Shown here: in pieces, positions 39,801 to 54,264 of the stretch
Layout: each line of letters starts with the position of its first letter
Numbering within the stretch: position 1 is the stretch's first letter
Assembly (NCBI RefSeq): GCF_022539665.2
Contig: NC_081331.1
Location: 8,556,001 to 8,620,000, forward strand
DNA: 64,000 bases
Direction of reading: 5' to 3'
Source of the DNA: Daphnia carinata
Lineage: Eukaryota
Made by a program: the position numbers and the translations under genes
The notes under the pieces: generated by a model
Told to the model about the DNA's origin: nothing
Database searches by the model: none
The model's input: the letters and a program-made list of their open reading frames with translations, nothing else

Positions 39801-40156
39801 TGCATTATTCAATTTCCATATTGTTATATGGGAACAAAAGTATAATTATAATTACGTAAGTTAAGAGTCACCTGTAATTAGACTATTATTTACTTATTAA
39901 ACATGGCCTTTGGTTATTGCACACTTAATAATATTATAAATGGATTATTATATACTTTTTAAAATCTACTTAGTCGAAAGGATAGCCTGTAAGATTGTCT
40001 TTAACATTCACATTTTAATTCTAATTCAACCAGCTAACTAAGAGAAATGAATTTCGACGGTGGTAGTCTGGTAGACCACCGTTGATCTCGACATCAAAAA
40101 GTTCAAGTTTTCAGCTATCCTCACATTGCAGTCGCAAAAACGTTCACCTAGTTTTA

Positions 40157-41672
40157 CATTATGTTCCTAAAAAATCCGACTACCCCCTTTTTAAAAAATG
40201 CGCCTATCAACCCATAGCTAACTTACTTAGTAATTTAGATAAGTTATGTTCGGATATGGTAAAATGCGGAAAAATTGTAGTAGAAATTACCATGGAAACG
40301 AGACCTGAATGAGCTCGTGTCCTTCCATCGCTAAGAGGTGAGACAAATTGCCATTAGGCAAAGCCAAAACTATTTACAAATCTACCACAAATTTTATTTC
40401 TACCAGGCTACCAAAAACCGACTTTGGGATGGGAAGTATCATCTCAATGGTAACCAAACATTTGTTTCAGTGGAATATGGAAAATAAAAAGACATAATTT
40501 TTATCATTAGTAATTTTTTAAATTTTTTTACAAAATTTACAAAGCTAATATTTTTGTATCTTTAAATTTTTATATTATTTCCAATAACTATTGGCCTCAA
40601 CGACTAAGTTTTAGCGCTGTGGCATGGAATTCGACAGTGTCTGCCAAAATAGTCTGCTCGCTTGTTATAATGAAACCAGTTTTCTCGGACGTGATAAAAA
40701 ACATTGTCCGCTATGTCGGCAATCAAAATCTTTGACTACGTTACCCCTTACATTTACGATGGGGTTCATATCCGCTTCCTTAGAAGGCCACGGCAGCAAT
40801 CCAATTAGGTGATGCTCCCGAAACCATTGGGTGATGATGCGTGATGTATGGATGGGGGATTTGTCCTGCACAAAATGAACTTGTTGTTCGCCATAATGTT
40901 AGCAAACCCACGGAAGGAGTTCATTCCAAATCCAATCAATCCAAATTTAGAATATCTATACACTTTTGTTTACAAACGGTCATTGATTGTAATAAATGGA
41001 CCGACTCCAGCAACAGCCGCTGTTGTAATTAGTTTGTTTCAAACAACAGCAAAGAGCCGTTGATCATCCAGAGTGGTTTTTCTTGGCCTTCCCGACCCCT
41101 CCTTACGCTTAACGATTTCGGTTTTAGAAAAAGAATTTTTCCAGAGCACCATAGTAGCGCTGCTACAGCCTAATTGTCGGGTTATTTGATTTATTGGGTA
41201 TCCCGCTAGGCCTAACAACACCACAGACTCTCTTTCCACAACAGTTAATTATATTGTGCTATTTTTGCGAAACATTTTGATGAACTGAATCGGCTTGATA
41301 GTCTAACCCCCGTTTTTATACTATTTTATCGCGTGACAACAAATATTTTTAAAAAGGCGATTATGCCAATATTCATAAATTAGTTACCATAGAGACGAGA
41401 CTTTCCATCCCAAAGTCTGACTCCCGTGTAGAAGTAAAATCTGTAGTAGATTTGTAAAAAGTTTTGGCTTTCCCTAACGGAAATTTGTCCCACCCCTTAG
41501 CGATGTAAGGGCACGAGCCCATTCATGTCTCGTTTTCATGGTAATGTATACTATAGATTTTCCGCTTTTTCCCATATCCCAACATAAACCATCTAAACAC
41601 TAAGTAACTTAGCTGTGCGTTGATAGGAGGCATTTACTAAAGGGAGTAGTCTGATTTTATTGGAACATGCTG
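40157..41672 (-). mobile_element. Tc1/mariner-type DNA transposon, decayed, with ~300-bp TIRs and TA TSD
   Basis: 40157-40457 is an imperfect reverse complement of 41380-41672, with TA at 40155-56 and 41673-74. Internal minus-strand GSGRPRKTT and MQDKSPIHTS..LPWPSKEADMNPI. Confidence 0.88.
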
Positions 41673-43058
41673 TACTTTCTACCAGACAGTTAACTTTCTA
41701 CCAGCCGTAAAAACACAAATTCATTGAAAAGTTGATTTAAAAGTTGATACCAAGATGCGCGACATAAGTTAGATGTATACGTAATCGAGTTTAGAGTATC
41801 CAATACGTCATTTTTAAAAATCAGAAAATGGATTTAAAAATTCTTTTCCAAATTAAAAAAAGCTAAAAAACTAGCACTAAACACAACATTTTCAGCCAAA
41901 ATTCTAATCTAAGTTTGAGTACCTGAATCCCTAAATGAATAATGCCGTGGATAAAAAGAGAAATGGTTATCTCTTCACAGAGATGAGTCAACCGTTCTTA
42001 TGCTATGTCTGCGGAAAAGAAATTAGTAGAAGAATCAGTACTTAGAGGGAGACGCGGATGCGTTAGCCGGAAGGGGAGTAATTTATAAACAGTATAACAT
42101 GTAGCTACAAGCACCGTTAGTTGAGCTTCCTTGTTTTCCCTAGAGGTCTTCAGTGTGTTTCTCCAATTTTTGGTAAGACCTTGTTGTACTTTTGTTGGTT
42201 CCCGTTGAAGGACAGTATTAGTTATTTGTCATCGCTTGCTGTATTATTTTTTGTCTGTGCTAATACAGGCAAATGTGAAAATTGATGGAGAGGCAGCTTG
42301 TTACACGTTAGTATCGTATTTGTGTTGTTGAGTGGCAATTGTTGAGACGTAGCTCATTCCCCGTGACTGACGTAATTTGTGCTGCAGTTAGCTGAAGCAA
42401 AAGAAGAAAAATCCACGACATTTTTTGCCCAAGATATCCCAGCCGACGAATTCATCTATTTCGCGAACTGCCAAGCGTTTCCGTAAAAATTCGCATATTC
42501 CAGATTCATTGTTGGAGAAGGGAATTCCTCTAGCCGGCGAAGTCGAAAATTTTGAAGACCCTAAGAGACCGTTTTGTCGGAGAAGCTAACAGTCAGGTTG
42601 ATTCAATAAGGTCTGAAAAAGATTTAATTTCGGGTTCAGAACCCCCGAAGGTCGATTTGAGAGCGACATGGCGTCCAGTTGTTCCAGTCATTGCACAACA
42701 ATTTAAATTGATCAGATCAGACATATTGAGCAACTGCAAAGACAAGTTATGGCAGCTGTCAAAAAATTAATTAGTCCTCCAATCTCCCGGAGTAGCCCGG
42801 ACGAAGATTCACGCCAATGGTTGGAGCCCTACGAGACAATATTGTCACGGATGGGAAATAGAAGAATGATTATCTCTTCACAGAGAGGACTCACCCACTC
42901 CTTGGACTACGCTGCAACTGGGGGAAAGAGCTCACAACAAGAAATGCTACCCCAAGAGAGATGAGGAGATACGGAGTCCGGAAGGGGTGTGATACGCGCA
43001 TCAGTATAAAACACTACTGCGAAACTAGGTTCGAGGAGTTTCCATGGGGAGGAGCTAC

Positions 43059-44067
43059 TGTGGAGTTTTCTCCACCGTCGGAGACTGCCGACTCAGTGTT
43101 GTAATTAGTAGGTGAGTTGTTGAAGCCTAGCCCTTGTGGGGAGCCAGCGTATATTGGGCGGCGTCTTGGTTAAGAGTTGCCGTATAAGAATATGGACGGT
43201 CCCTTATAGGGGAACGTGTCCGTAAACAAGGCGGGCTTATGGGCCGCGACACACGGCAGCGCGAAAGAGTACCGTACCTAGAGAAGAAAACTGATTAAGA
43301 ATGGGAAGAAAGATATAATTACTCTTAAATTTGTGGAGATGAAGTTCCGGCGGTGCTGTGGCGGTTGAAGCGAAGATGGCGGCAGCGATGTCGCGGAGGC
43401 GGTCGTCGAGCGAGGGGCACGGCGGCGGACAGCGGCAGACGGCGGCAAGAGCAAGGCACAAACAACAAGAGACAAATACTAGAGAGAGTGGTTTACCGGA
43501 GAATGAGTTGTAGACAGCTTTCGGTGCAAAAAATGTGTGTGTATTACTTGGGTTTGACCAGCCCTTATATACCCATACAAAAACCCACCGTTGACAGATT
43601 AATAAATTAAAAGAACATAAGTTTAAACGCTGGGTCAGAGGTCGCCGCTGATCTTTCTCTCTCCTGGCCGTGGGATGATCCCTTCCTACGATATTACAAC
43701 TTCCCATACCCCGACGCTTGGAGGGATTTTCTCGTGGCTCTCATCCCTTTCCCGTTGGTTCTTGATGCCCAGTGCGGTCATCCATCACTAGAGGCCGCTC
43801 TCTATATCTATGTAGGAATAGTTAGCACATTACAATATCATATGCCGGAGCCCTGGCCTCTTATTGCCCGGCAAGCGGCGCCGATGCGACTTTCTTCCGC
43901 CAGGTGTAAGACTTATGCCGTTGAACGGTCGGTCTACTCTCCTTCACTGGGCGGGACTTCGTTCATCCCGTTAGGCGGAGTCATGTTCCCGGTCACCGCG
44001 GCCTCTTCATCTCCTTGCCCCGGCGCCCCTGCTTCTGTCTGGGGGTCGGACGTCGGAATTTCCGACA
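43059..44067 (-). mobile_element. 1009-bp solo LTR of the large BEL-type LTR family
   Basis: Minus strand TGTCGGAAATTCCGACG...AAAACTCCACA with a perfect TSD GCTAC (43054-43058, 44068-44072). TATA GGGTATATAAGGG; homologous to the 26420 solo LTR. Confidence 0.92.
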
Positions 44068-45224
44068 GCTACCGGGGTTGTCTGAACTCCGTTAGGTGAG
44101 TTCCTGTGGGTTCCCTGGCGATTTCACTGTGTTGAATTAAGTTTTGGGTAAAGTTCTTCTTGTTTGTCCTTTGTTGGTTTTAGTGAAGAAAATTGTGTTA
44201 ATTGTTGTCGTCACTTGTTGTATTTGTCGTTCCGAGTTCAATACAAAAGTGTATGTGACAATATCTACCCATAATGGATGGGGCGCTACTGACAAGAGAA
44301 ACAATTTCAGCATGTCCTTGATTGATACTGCACGGAAATGGTTCCTGTGTGAAGGAATTCCGAAACACTGGCAAGAAACTATACAGTACAACCGGCTACA
44401 GAAGAAGACCAAGCCATTCTCTTAGCACACGGTCTACGTTCGATGTTCTGAAAGAATCGTCATTGGATAATTACGGTCTCATCCAAGAGATCACCTTAGA
44501 AGCACAACACAATAAATGGATTAACCAACCATTAGGTACTACTGCGAAATCTTAACCTTTGTCGATTGGTCGATCCAAAGATGTCGGAAGCACAACGATT
44601 GGAGGACGTTTTTCGAGGCCTTCCTTCAGCGCTTTTTAAAAATTCATTCTTCCGAAACTAAAACGTGAAGAATTTTTAACGCTGGAAAAATCTTCTACAG
44701 AAGCATCAGCCTTGGCGGAAGCAAGAGAATGAAAGGAGCCGACAGCAAAACTACAGACGCCTCGAGTCACGAGATACAACACCAGATGCAACTCTAACAG
44801 GAAACCTAGCAGTAAATCTGGCGACTCAATCTCCTAGTGTACAAGAAGAAAAATAGCTGTTTAACTTTAATGGAACTAATTAAAACAAAGAAAAAATCCT
44901 TTGCGGTCAAGTAAGTGCCACAGCAGTGATTATAACTAAAAAGCTCCGGTCAAGTTTTACAAATACAAATGACATGTCATGTCATTTAACATCTGTTCAT
45001 GTTGTCTGTACTAAGTCTTTATCGCGCCATTGTTGAGCCTCATATCTCAGACCCATTAGCTTCTGACTGCGGATCCACAGATGAAGGAGGAGAGGAACAA
45101 AATTAGGAGCTTGAAACATTACAACCGAAATATTGTTAACTTCTGGAAGACTTTTCTTGCTGATGAGGCCTTTTTGACTGAGCCAATAAGTTGGGACTTC
45201 TGGCCTTAATTCGCCGCTTCCTTG

Positions 45225-45482
45225 GTATGTCTTATGGTGTTTCTAGCTGTAGCGAGCCAGTTAATATATATTGTTAGTTTAATCAAGACAGAGGAGGTCC
45301 AAAGCCCATCGTATTGATACTTAAATGCTGAGCACTACAAAAGAACCGTACAACAGTTTGGAAAACAGAGAGCACTATTCCGGGTTCTTCAATCAGTAAA
45401 GGCTATCGCAAGAGTTTGTGTGGTCGATAGGCTGAGGGCATCCTCATATGCCCTAACTTCTGCGCCATCCAGTGGCAGTTCT
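45225..45482 (-). repeat. LTR-like dispersed repeat (copy 2 of 2226-2480)
   Basis: Reverse-complement alignment to 2226-2480. Confidence 0.65.
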
Positions 45483-45924
45483 CCGTCCTCCCTTCTCCGT
45501 TCTCTCGTCCTCCTCCTCTGCTCCTGTATTGGGATACGACAACACCAGAGACGCGCGCGGAGCAATCCAAGAACTATAAGTAAAAACTCCGCTCAACTTT
45601 TACAGTGGCTTCAAAGCCTTAGGTGAGCGGGAAAATGTTGTTCAAGAACCGGCTAAGAAAACGAGGTGTTAGGGGCGCCGTACGCCTATAAAAACAAGAG
45701 AAAGTCGATTCAGCTGCCCAATTGTCCGTTGCTAAAACAGAGTAAATCGTGATCCCTTGCGTTACTGCGCATGATGGCCTCGCGCCTCTTGTTGTGTGGG
45801 CTTGTTGTTAGTTTTGTATTACAATGTCTGGCTCAGCTGGTCATTACGACCCCAAGTTGCTAAAAAAGCTACCACTTCGCTCACGTCTTAGGCACCGGAG
45901 TATTTCGGGCGGGGTGGGTTGCGG

Positions 45925-46930
45925 TTAAATGCTCCTCTCAACAACTGTCTGACTGATGGCAGCTGCGGCACGAGGAGGGAAGCCGCGTGCTCTAAGGTTG
46001 TATACATCATAAACGTATGGATATTGAGAATGTTGTGCGAATAATTCTCTGCCTGTAAAATCCGCCAAATACACTAGCTCTGAGTTGACAGACACTAACA
46101 CGGAATCCAAATCTCGTCTGAGGCACCAACTGAACCAATTGTTCCAGGTGCACTGGTGGCAGCTCGTGTGGAGTGGCGTGTCCCGTTCACCAGAAGATTG
46201 ACCATCGGCTCCGAAAGCCCTTGGCTTTTAAATCGCTTCCGGATAGTTTCTATCCGATACGGAATAGCGAAAGCGGGTGTGGCTCTCCCCTTCAACGACG
46301 TTAACAGCTTGGCGTCCGGTCTCATTAATCTTGTTACGCCTACTGCTAGCTCCAAACGCAGTGGATATCATGGGCTGTTGAGCCAGTATGGGGTGACGAG
46401 AACCACTGGTAAGCGCCCTGTGCGAATCTTTGCCAGGCTCCTGAGCAACAGGCCAATGGGGGTGGGAGAAGAAAGCCTTTAAGGCTTTCCACCTCGCCTA
46501 AAACGCGTCTACTCCGGTTGCTCCTGGCTGCGGAGTCCACGCATTCAATTTTGGCAGCTTGCTGTTTCAAGCCGCTGCTAACAGATGCACTTGGCAAGCC
46601 CAGATCTGGCTTAGTGCTGCGAAAACCTCTTAATCGAGCGCACAACGACTGCTATTGGTTCTCGATTCTTTGTCGGCGATCCCGTTAAGGTGTCCCGTCA
46701 AGTAAAATGCTTGTATTGAAATTTGATGGCTCTCGCACCATGATGAAATCTGGACCGCTAATTTAGAATAGAAAGGGATCTCGAATGGGTTCCCCCTCGT
46801 CTATTTATATAGCATACCACCATGCAGCTATCTAATTGTAGCGATATGAAAATGTTAGATGTCTTTGGATGGAATGGATTGGAGGGTGAAGGGCGCAATT
46901 AGAAGCTCCAGCTCGTTTATATTTCTTGCG
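45925..46930 (-). mobile_element. DIRS-like retroelement pol remnant (RNase H to recombinase-upstream region)
   Basis: Minus-strand ELELL.AP (HINxLELLA-like), LAKIRTGRLPVVLVTPYWLNSP*YP and KSQGLSEPMVNLLVNGTRHSTRA, all resembling DIRS1-type ORF segments; many lesions. Confidence 0.6.
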
Positions 46931-46989
46931 GCGAAGTCTCGAAAAGTCTCTTTCCATTTTTCCACTTAGAATCACAATTCCTGAAAGAA

Positions 46990-47630
46990 ATTGATACGGG
47001 TGCTGCATTTACAGTGATCTCTCCGAAACTGCTGAAGAAAACTCAGTTCGTGTAGCAGCCATGGAATGCCTCCGGGATTATTGTCGCAAACGGTTCACGA
47101 GTGATACCTCAGGGGGCAGCAGAAATCATAGTGACTATATGGATAAGCTACCAAACAGAGAAGCAACTTCTCCCCATAGATTAGACTGCTTACGTGTTAA
47201 AAAAAACCTGCAAGAAGATAAAAAAAGTGAGGCGCTGAAAATTCTCCAGAATTCCATAAGATATTTCGCTTTAAGCGAAGATTATTTGGCACATTGGACA
47301 TGACATGGAGGGATGGTGGAACATGACATTAATACGGGGAATAACTATCTAATTCACCAGCTCCCTTATGAAAGTGTGTGGTAAAACGAACCGTGATTCA
47401 AAAATGGGTGGAATGAAAAGCGTCAAGGAATAATTAAGCACTGTGACAGTCCTTGATTTTCTCCTGCGTTCCTAGTGAAAAGCAAAGATGGAACTTGGCG
47501 TTTCTGTGTAGATACCGTAAGCTTAAGGCAGTGACGGTAACAGGTTCTTACCCTCTACCACGCGTAGGCGATACATTAAGCCGCCTAGAAGGAGCTATAA
47601 TTTTCTCCAGCATGGATCTTCATTCGGAGT
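46990..47630 (+). mobile_element. Gypsy protease/RT remnant
   Basis: IDTGAAFTVISP; KDGTWRFCV/YRKLKAVTVTGSYPLPRVGDTLSRLEGAIIFSSMDL. Confidence 0.8.
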
Positions 47631-47904
47631 CACTAAAACTCAGATAACCATTTAACGGCTAAATATTTAATTTTTGCCAAGAAGAAGAAAAATAGATCTT
47701 CAAAACACTAAGACCTGACTTTTTTACAGAAGTAACTCCAACGCCACAACACACTCGTTCATCATTTAAATCCACCATTTTCCCAACCAATAGAGCAGTG
47801 TTAATACAGTGCTTTTTCTCGCGTGTGGCGTCCACTATTTATTACGATTATTAATTTATTTCATTACAAATTTTTTGTTGAAAACCTTTTCCTCTCTTTG
47901 TATT

Positions 47905-48800
47905 TTACTTCCTGCAACATTCTAGGGCGAAAAGTTTGATTTCACCTTGAGTCGCTAGGGAGATTGGTGTGCTGCTAGAAGACATTAAAAGTGGAGAATG
48001 CTTTGTAATGCTCGAATTGGGGCCCATTCTAAGGCTAGTGAAGAACCCTCCAATTTTGTATTTTGTTGCTTCTCTCTGGCTTGCGTCGTAGTCATCCTTT
48101 TTTTTAGCTTGCACACTATGTAACGGTTGCTAAACTTCCTTGTACCTCTTTGACGTTATTGGTAGTGGTTTCTTTGTCGGAAATAGCACACAAATATTTA
48201 CCTATCCTACCAAGTGTTTCTCCAACTTTGACCTGTAGTACGCTTGTATTCTGGTTTGTGCAAGCAGAAATTTGTTCTGTTTCACGTACATATTTGCTCT
48301 CATAAGACACTCGAATTCATTTTAGAGTTTCTAAATGAGTTCTTCCACGGCACGGGATTAACCATTACACCATGAAAGTATACGAGCCATGGGCCATCTC
48401 AACCAACTGTGAACGAGGTCCATCATTCATTGAAATGTGCCGTGCGCAACCCACAAACCAAACGCCATCACCTGAATCTAAAAAGAGTCAGTCATCTGTT
48501 ATGAAAGCTATTTAGGGCGCTCGCTCCCTTTTGAGCGAGCGTTGGGGGATTGTAAATCCGTTATTGAAAAACAAGCCGTACCCTTCAATCTTGCGAGGGT
48601 TTTCTCATTCCTGGGTAAGAGAACTACTTCCTTAATGCTGCTGCATTTCACATTCCGTAATGTACGCAAAACCGCCAGGTCCCGTCCTTCTTGCGTACGG
48701 TCTGTGAACTCCAGACCATTATAACTTTTGATGATCCCTGCGTGTTCCATGTCCTGATTAAGTGTCCGCACATTTTTCCGTTTTTTTCCACGCACTTGGA
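47905..48800 (-). mobile_element. Gypsy RT remnant
   Basis: LPRNEKTLARLKGTACFSITDLQS; VMAFGL..HGTFQ*MMDLV. Confidence 0.65.
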
Positions 48801-51239
48801 CGGGCGTTTCCTGTCACTACCGTAGTCTCCTGCAGTCCTTAGCTCACAGAGGTCGATTACTCCCCCCCCCCATTTCCATTAACAGTGCGTAATATTTCCT
48901 TCCCCCCACCCACCGTTACAAATAATATCCGTACAGAGAGTTTTGTTGCGTCAATGCGGAGCAGTGGGAAACTGACCAAATTCGAGAGCATATTTTTCGG
49001 ATCTAGACCCTTGGGTTTCTACTATCAGGTCCTGCTTCACAGTGCTAGATCCCGTCCTATATACATGTAAGCGCTGTCTGCAAATTTAAATCACATATCT
49101 CTTGGTCCGGTTTGGATGTTAGAATTTCCAACAGAAACCAGGTTTCTGTGCATCCATCCTTCGACACAAATCTAGAAAATCCTACTAGTATTCTTGGGCC
49201 GATTCTTCGATTCTCTGTTCCATGGCTCGTAAAGTTGCCTCATTGTGATGTAGGATAAGCCTTATCCATCTTGCACTGCTTTACCCCATAATCACCATCC
49301 CACTTACCAGAAATTTCGAAGATGTTTTTGAAAATGAATTTACAACAATTCCACCACCTCTTGAATTTTTTTCAAAGATCGATTTTTTTAGAATTTAGAA
49401 GGATTTTTATGTAAGGATGAACATGAACCGTATCGGGGTGGCCTTGGACAGACCCCAGCCCCATTTCGGACGGGGTCAACAGAGGCAGGATGAGTTGTGT
49501 TGAAATAGCACTTTTATTTCTACTTTTTGCTATTAACTTATTGAACAATTAAAATACAGTCTTCATAAGATATTACCTGGAAATAAAAGAATTTTATTAC
49601 CCTTGCAATATTTTCATTTTACTGATTGCTGCGAGAAGACATAGGAGGAGGTCGAGCCAACACAGCATCGATAATTTGGTTACTTCAATTTTGCAGTCGA
49701 TTTCCCTGATTCTTTATTTGTACTGCTATGGCTGCGTCAGCTGGTAAAAGTTTGAAAATGTGAAAGTCATGAAAAAACATAAATTCATAGTTAAATAATA
49801 CAGAAAGGTATTAATTTTATCTCAAAATAAAATGCTTTTTTATTTACGATTAAAAATATGAATAAGCATTAGCTGTATCCTAAATGTTCCGTTAAATTGA
49901 AACATTTCAAGTTTTCGCGCTTTGAATTGATCCCTTCCTTGCACGCCCACTTCGTGTCGAACTTATGCCGTTTGTGCAGGAGGTTGCGGTTGACTGTGGC
50001 GGTTTTCCCTATGCAACTTGGTCCCCAAAAACAATTTTCGCCGAAAAGTTTATATGTTTATAGTTGATTGACTAAAATTATTTTGCCTTTCAAATATTAT
50101 TAGGAAATCTCTTCCCTACTTACTGCCAATATCTGTCAACGTATAATTCTAAGATAACAAAAATTACTGATAAAGAACAAAGAAAAATACAGACTTTTCT
50201 CATTTTTATTATTTATTAAAAAACTCAATAGCTAATGAAGGCATGAGACTCAAACTTTTACACTATTCAAACTACCTATTTTGAACAAAATGTGTAAATT
50301 TTGTCAGGGGTTATAAAACCAGGGATGTTCACGTTGCTTAGGTTTACAGTGTGGATGTTAATCAGTATACTGGTTGTTTCCGTCACAACAGTTCTATGTG
50401 CCGATTCACATCCACTATCAGTGGCTACACTACTTTTTACTACGCTGATAGTGCCCGCCACCACAAAATACACAAAAACAAGCACCCGCAGTAATTTCAA
50501 GGAAGCAACGCTAAAAACACTAACTCCCGGGGACAAAGGATCTAGATCTTTTATACGCTAGCTACTTACGATTAATGAACGTCAATAATTTAACTACACT
50601 TAAAATTTCTTGTTTCTATTTAAACCCCATAGATAGGTGAATGGGCGAATTTCGCCCACCTCTTCAAATAAAGTAAAGTAACCCATATAAGAATGCGCGT
50701 GGCAAATACCTCCCTCTACAAAAAATGATCAAGCCCGGTAATGATCATCTTTTTTTGTACTTACTTACGGAAGCAACTAAGCTTACTGGTCAAACTTGTT
50801 TACCACCAAATTTTCTTAATAGCCCGGCTCCTTTGAAGTGGCGTCTACACTATAGTTTGCGAAAGCGTTTTACTACATAGCAATTGTCTTTCCTGCATGG
50901 ATGAGTCTGTGACTCATGACACCTCTTCGCATGCAGAACCCGTGTTGAACCCATGTTCTCATCGTTTTCGGATAATATGCTAAGCATAGTTACGGATCAT
51001 GCAAGCTGGTCTCAAACGCGCATTGCTTCTACTGGCTTTGCCATTAAATCGATTACTGGGCAATCTCGTGTTTTCTGATCGTTTCGCAGAACTCGGCTCT
51101 GAGATCGCGTACGCGTCTCGTCACTTGTGGTTTAACTTCACGTTAACTTCGTAACACTTCACTGTTCACTGCTTCCTATTTCGGTTCTCGAGAGGCACTA
51201 GGCGTAACCATAGTGTGATGGAGATAACCTGCTGTTTAT

Positions 51240-53150
51240 CATTGTAGAATTTCTACGAAGGTATGATTAAATCTCTTCACGAGACCGTTACACTGAGGAT
51301 GATAGTCCTCTGTAACGAGATAGTTGGTTTGGAGGGCCTGACAAAGTTGTTTTGAAAAATCCAAAAAAACAGTTTCCCCTGCCCGAGATGAGAAAGGATG
51401 GAGCTCCATGCTGTAACAAAACACGTCGAACAAAAAAATCTACCACTTCTTTAGTCCTGGCGTATGGTATTGGCTGGGCAATTACTCATTTGGTTAATAA
51501 TCGATGGTTACGATAACGTTTTTATTTTTATAACGTCAGAGAGGAAGGGGGGCGATGAAGTTAATTCCTACTTTCTGTATCGGTTTCTGGGGGTAAATCT
51601 TATGTAACATCCACAGTGGTTTTCCAGTAGTTTATAGTTTATATAAGCTTGCCAGTAGGGGGATTGGGATTGTTATCGCGTAACCCAATTATTATTGGAT
51701 TCCACCAACCTGATTTCTCCGTTTGGTTTTGACGCCTTCCTTATCAACGACTCGAAAGGTTAGTAAAGGGATATCTGGTGTAACTTAAGGGTGAGCGACG
51801 GGGTTACGAGATAAAGCTTCTACGTCCGAATGTAGGCGCTTACTGCGATGTACAATTTCGAATTCTAAATTCTGGAATTGTAAATTCCGCCGGGCCAATC
51901 TGCCAGCTAAGTTCCTCTTCTTCATTAACCACCACAGAGCGTGGTGGTCTGTGAGTACTCGCACTTCCATTCCCCATATATACGGTTTAGATCTATCGAC
52001 TGCCTAAAATTAGCGCAAGGCACTCTTGCTCGGACACTGAGTAATTTGCCTCAGCCTTGTTCATAAGTCGACTAGCGTACAAAATTACTCGTTCCACCCT
52101 CACTTACTGTTGAACCAGAACAGCGCCCAATACGAAACCACAAGCGTCAGGGTGAATTTCCATTGGAAGGCTATAGTTAGATTGCCCTAGGATAGGGGGA
52201 CTAGGCAGAGCCTTTTAAAGATATCAAAGCTAGATTGATGTTCGCTCGTCCAGCAAAAAGGGACATTTTTCTTTGTAAGGTTGGTTAAAGGCCACGCTAA
52301 CACAGCGAAACCCAGAATCAATTTACGGTAATAGGAGCAAAGCCCAATGAAGATTTGCACGACTTTCAGGCAAGAGGAGGCTGTAGGGATATTTTAGACG
52401 GCTCGATTTTCTCTGAGTCTGGTGATATGCCTGCTCAATCACAATGTAGCCTAGCATCTTAAGATAGGTTGCTAAAAAGGAACATTTAGACAACGTTATC
52501 TTTAGCCTCGCCTCCTGGAATCGTAGTAGAACGGCCTCAAGATGTGATAAGTGTCCGACAATGGTTCTGGAAAAAATGACAATATCGTCCAAGTAGATAA
52601 GGGAGGTGTTCCATTCTAAACCGGCTAAGAGTACGTCCATTATTCTCTGGAATGTGGTGGGTGCGTTCGATAGTTTGAATGGCATAACGCGAAACACATA
52701 CATGCCATGTGCGGTTATGAATGCCGTCTTCTCTTTACCTTTTTCTGCCAGCCCTACCTGCCAGTACCCCGCTTGCATTTCAATGATTGAAAAATAGCGA
52801 GTTTTCTCTAGTTGACGAAGGGCGTCGTCGACTCTGGATAGCGGAAAGACATCTCGAGTTGTGGAGGCGTTTAATTTTGGATAATCGACGCGGAAACGCC
52901 ATGAGCCGCCCTTCTTTCTGTCGAGAACTAATGGAGATGCCCAGGGGCCATTCGACGGCCCAATTATTCGATCGCTAAGCTTGTCTTGAACTTGGGATTG
53001 TATCAGCTCGTGTTCCTTCCACGCACTTTTATAGGGAGTTTGATTGATGGGGGCGTGTCTCAGGGTGTCTATCCGATGTTGACAATATTGGACTGCTCGA
53101 AATCACTGTTATAGGTAGCAAAACAATCAGCATAATGGGTTAACAAGTGG
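51240..53150 (-). mobile_element. Gypsy pol remnant (RT, RNase H, integrase)
   Basis: GYWQV..KEKTAFIT..VMPFKLSNAPTTFQR..YLDDIVIFS; VLTDHHALWWL..GRLAR..ALSR; YHPQCNGLVKRFN. Confidence 0.88.
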
Positions 53151-54264
53151 AGGGTTGCTTGTTGAATCGTATATTTTATGCATACAGACATTTAGTTTAG
53201 CTATTTCTTCATCGTTTGTAAAAAAAAAATGTTTAGATCACTATTTTTTACGTTTGAACGTTACTCACGTCACCGAAGACTTGTTTTCACAGATCTTTAG
53301 CAACCAATAATCGATTTTGGTACTCGATATTATAAGCCCGGCCCCTTTCTTTTTTCAGTATCTGTTAATAAGGAATTCTTTATACTACAGGGAAAATTAT
53401 TCATTTGCATCTGAACAAAAATCAAACTTTTTCTAGGATAAAAAATTCATTTAGTACTATCTTACTGATTTATTAAAATTTTTGAAATGTATTTTATAAT
53501 TATAAGCTGAGGCTGTCCCACATCACACACCCTAGTGTCCCAGTTTATCCAACACCACAGGATCCTCTCAAATTTTTAAAAACTGAACTGAAATAACTTG
53601 GAGGTGAACGAAGAAGCAGGAAATATATTAACACAATTTAAAAAATCGACTAATTTGTATCGAACTTATAACCGAAAAACAAAACGTGTCCATACACACC
53701 TCGCTCTACCCTATGAGGTTTTGCTCATAAATGCTCCTTCTAAATCGTCACTTCGTTTTAAGCCCCTCGTTTGAGCGAGAAAAGTCACGCCGATCCCCGC
53801 TTTAGTGGCTGCATAGCGCGATGTAGGTCGATGGCTCTCCATCGTACAGCACCGATAGATCATCACGTTTCGTGCTTTAAGCACTGATTCCGAACAATTC
53901 GTAAGGTGGTGCCTGATAATTGTAATGTGCAACTCTTTCAAATCTAACAAATTAATGAATTATGTTTCGGGTTGTAAGGAATCCTTCGAAATAATTGATA
54001 AAATTGACTGCACGAAAAACAACTGCAAAAAAACGGTAGATTTTTTTATAATATCTGCAAGCCAAATTATTCATGCACACCTCAAACGTAAACCACGTGA
54101 ACCTACGGTTAGCCTCTTGGTTTGCGAAAAGCGGGTAATGTAGTTCCGCGATACTCACAGAGGAGGCGCCACTTAAAACGCAGTTCCAAATATCTGTGAG
54201 TTATGCGCGCACTCCTTGCAATACTAAGAAATGCTTGTTCCCATCAGCAACTATTTTATCCACG

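Noticed and set aside
42550..43050. Possible Gypsy gag remnant (EDSRQWLEPYE)
   Set aside because: Too decayed to support beyond one weak motif.
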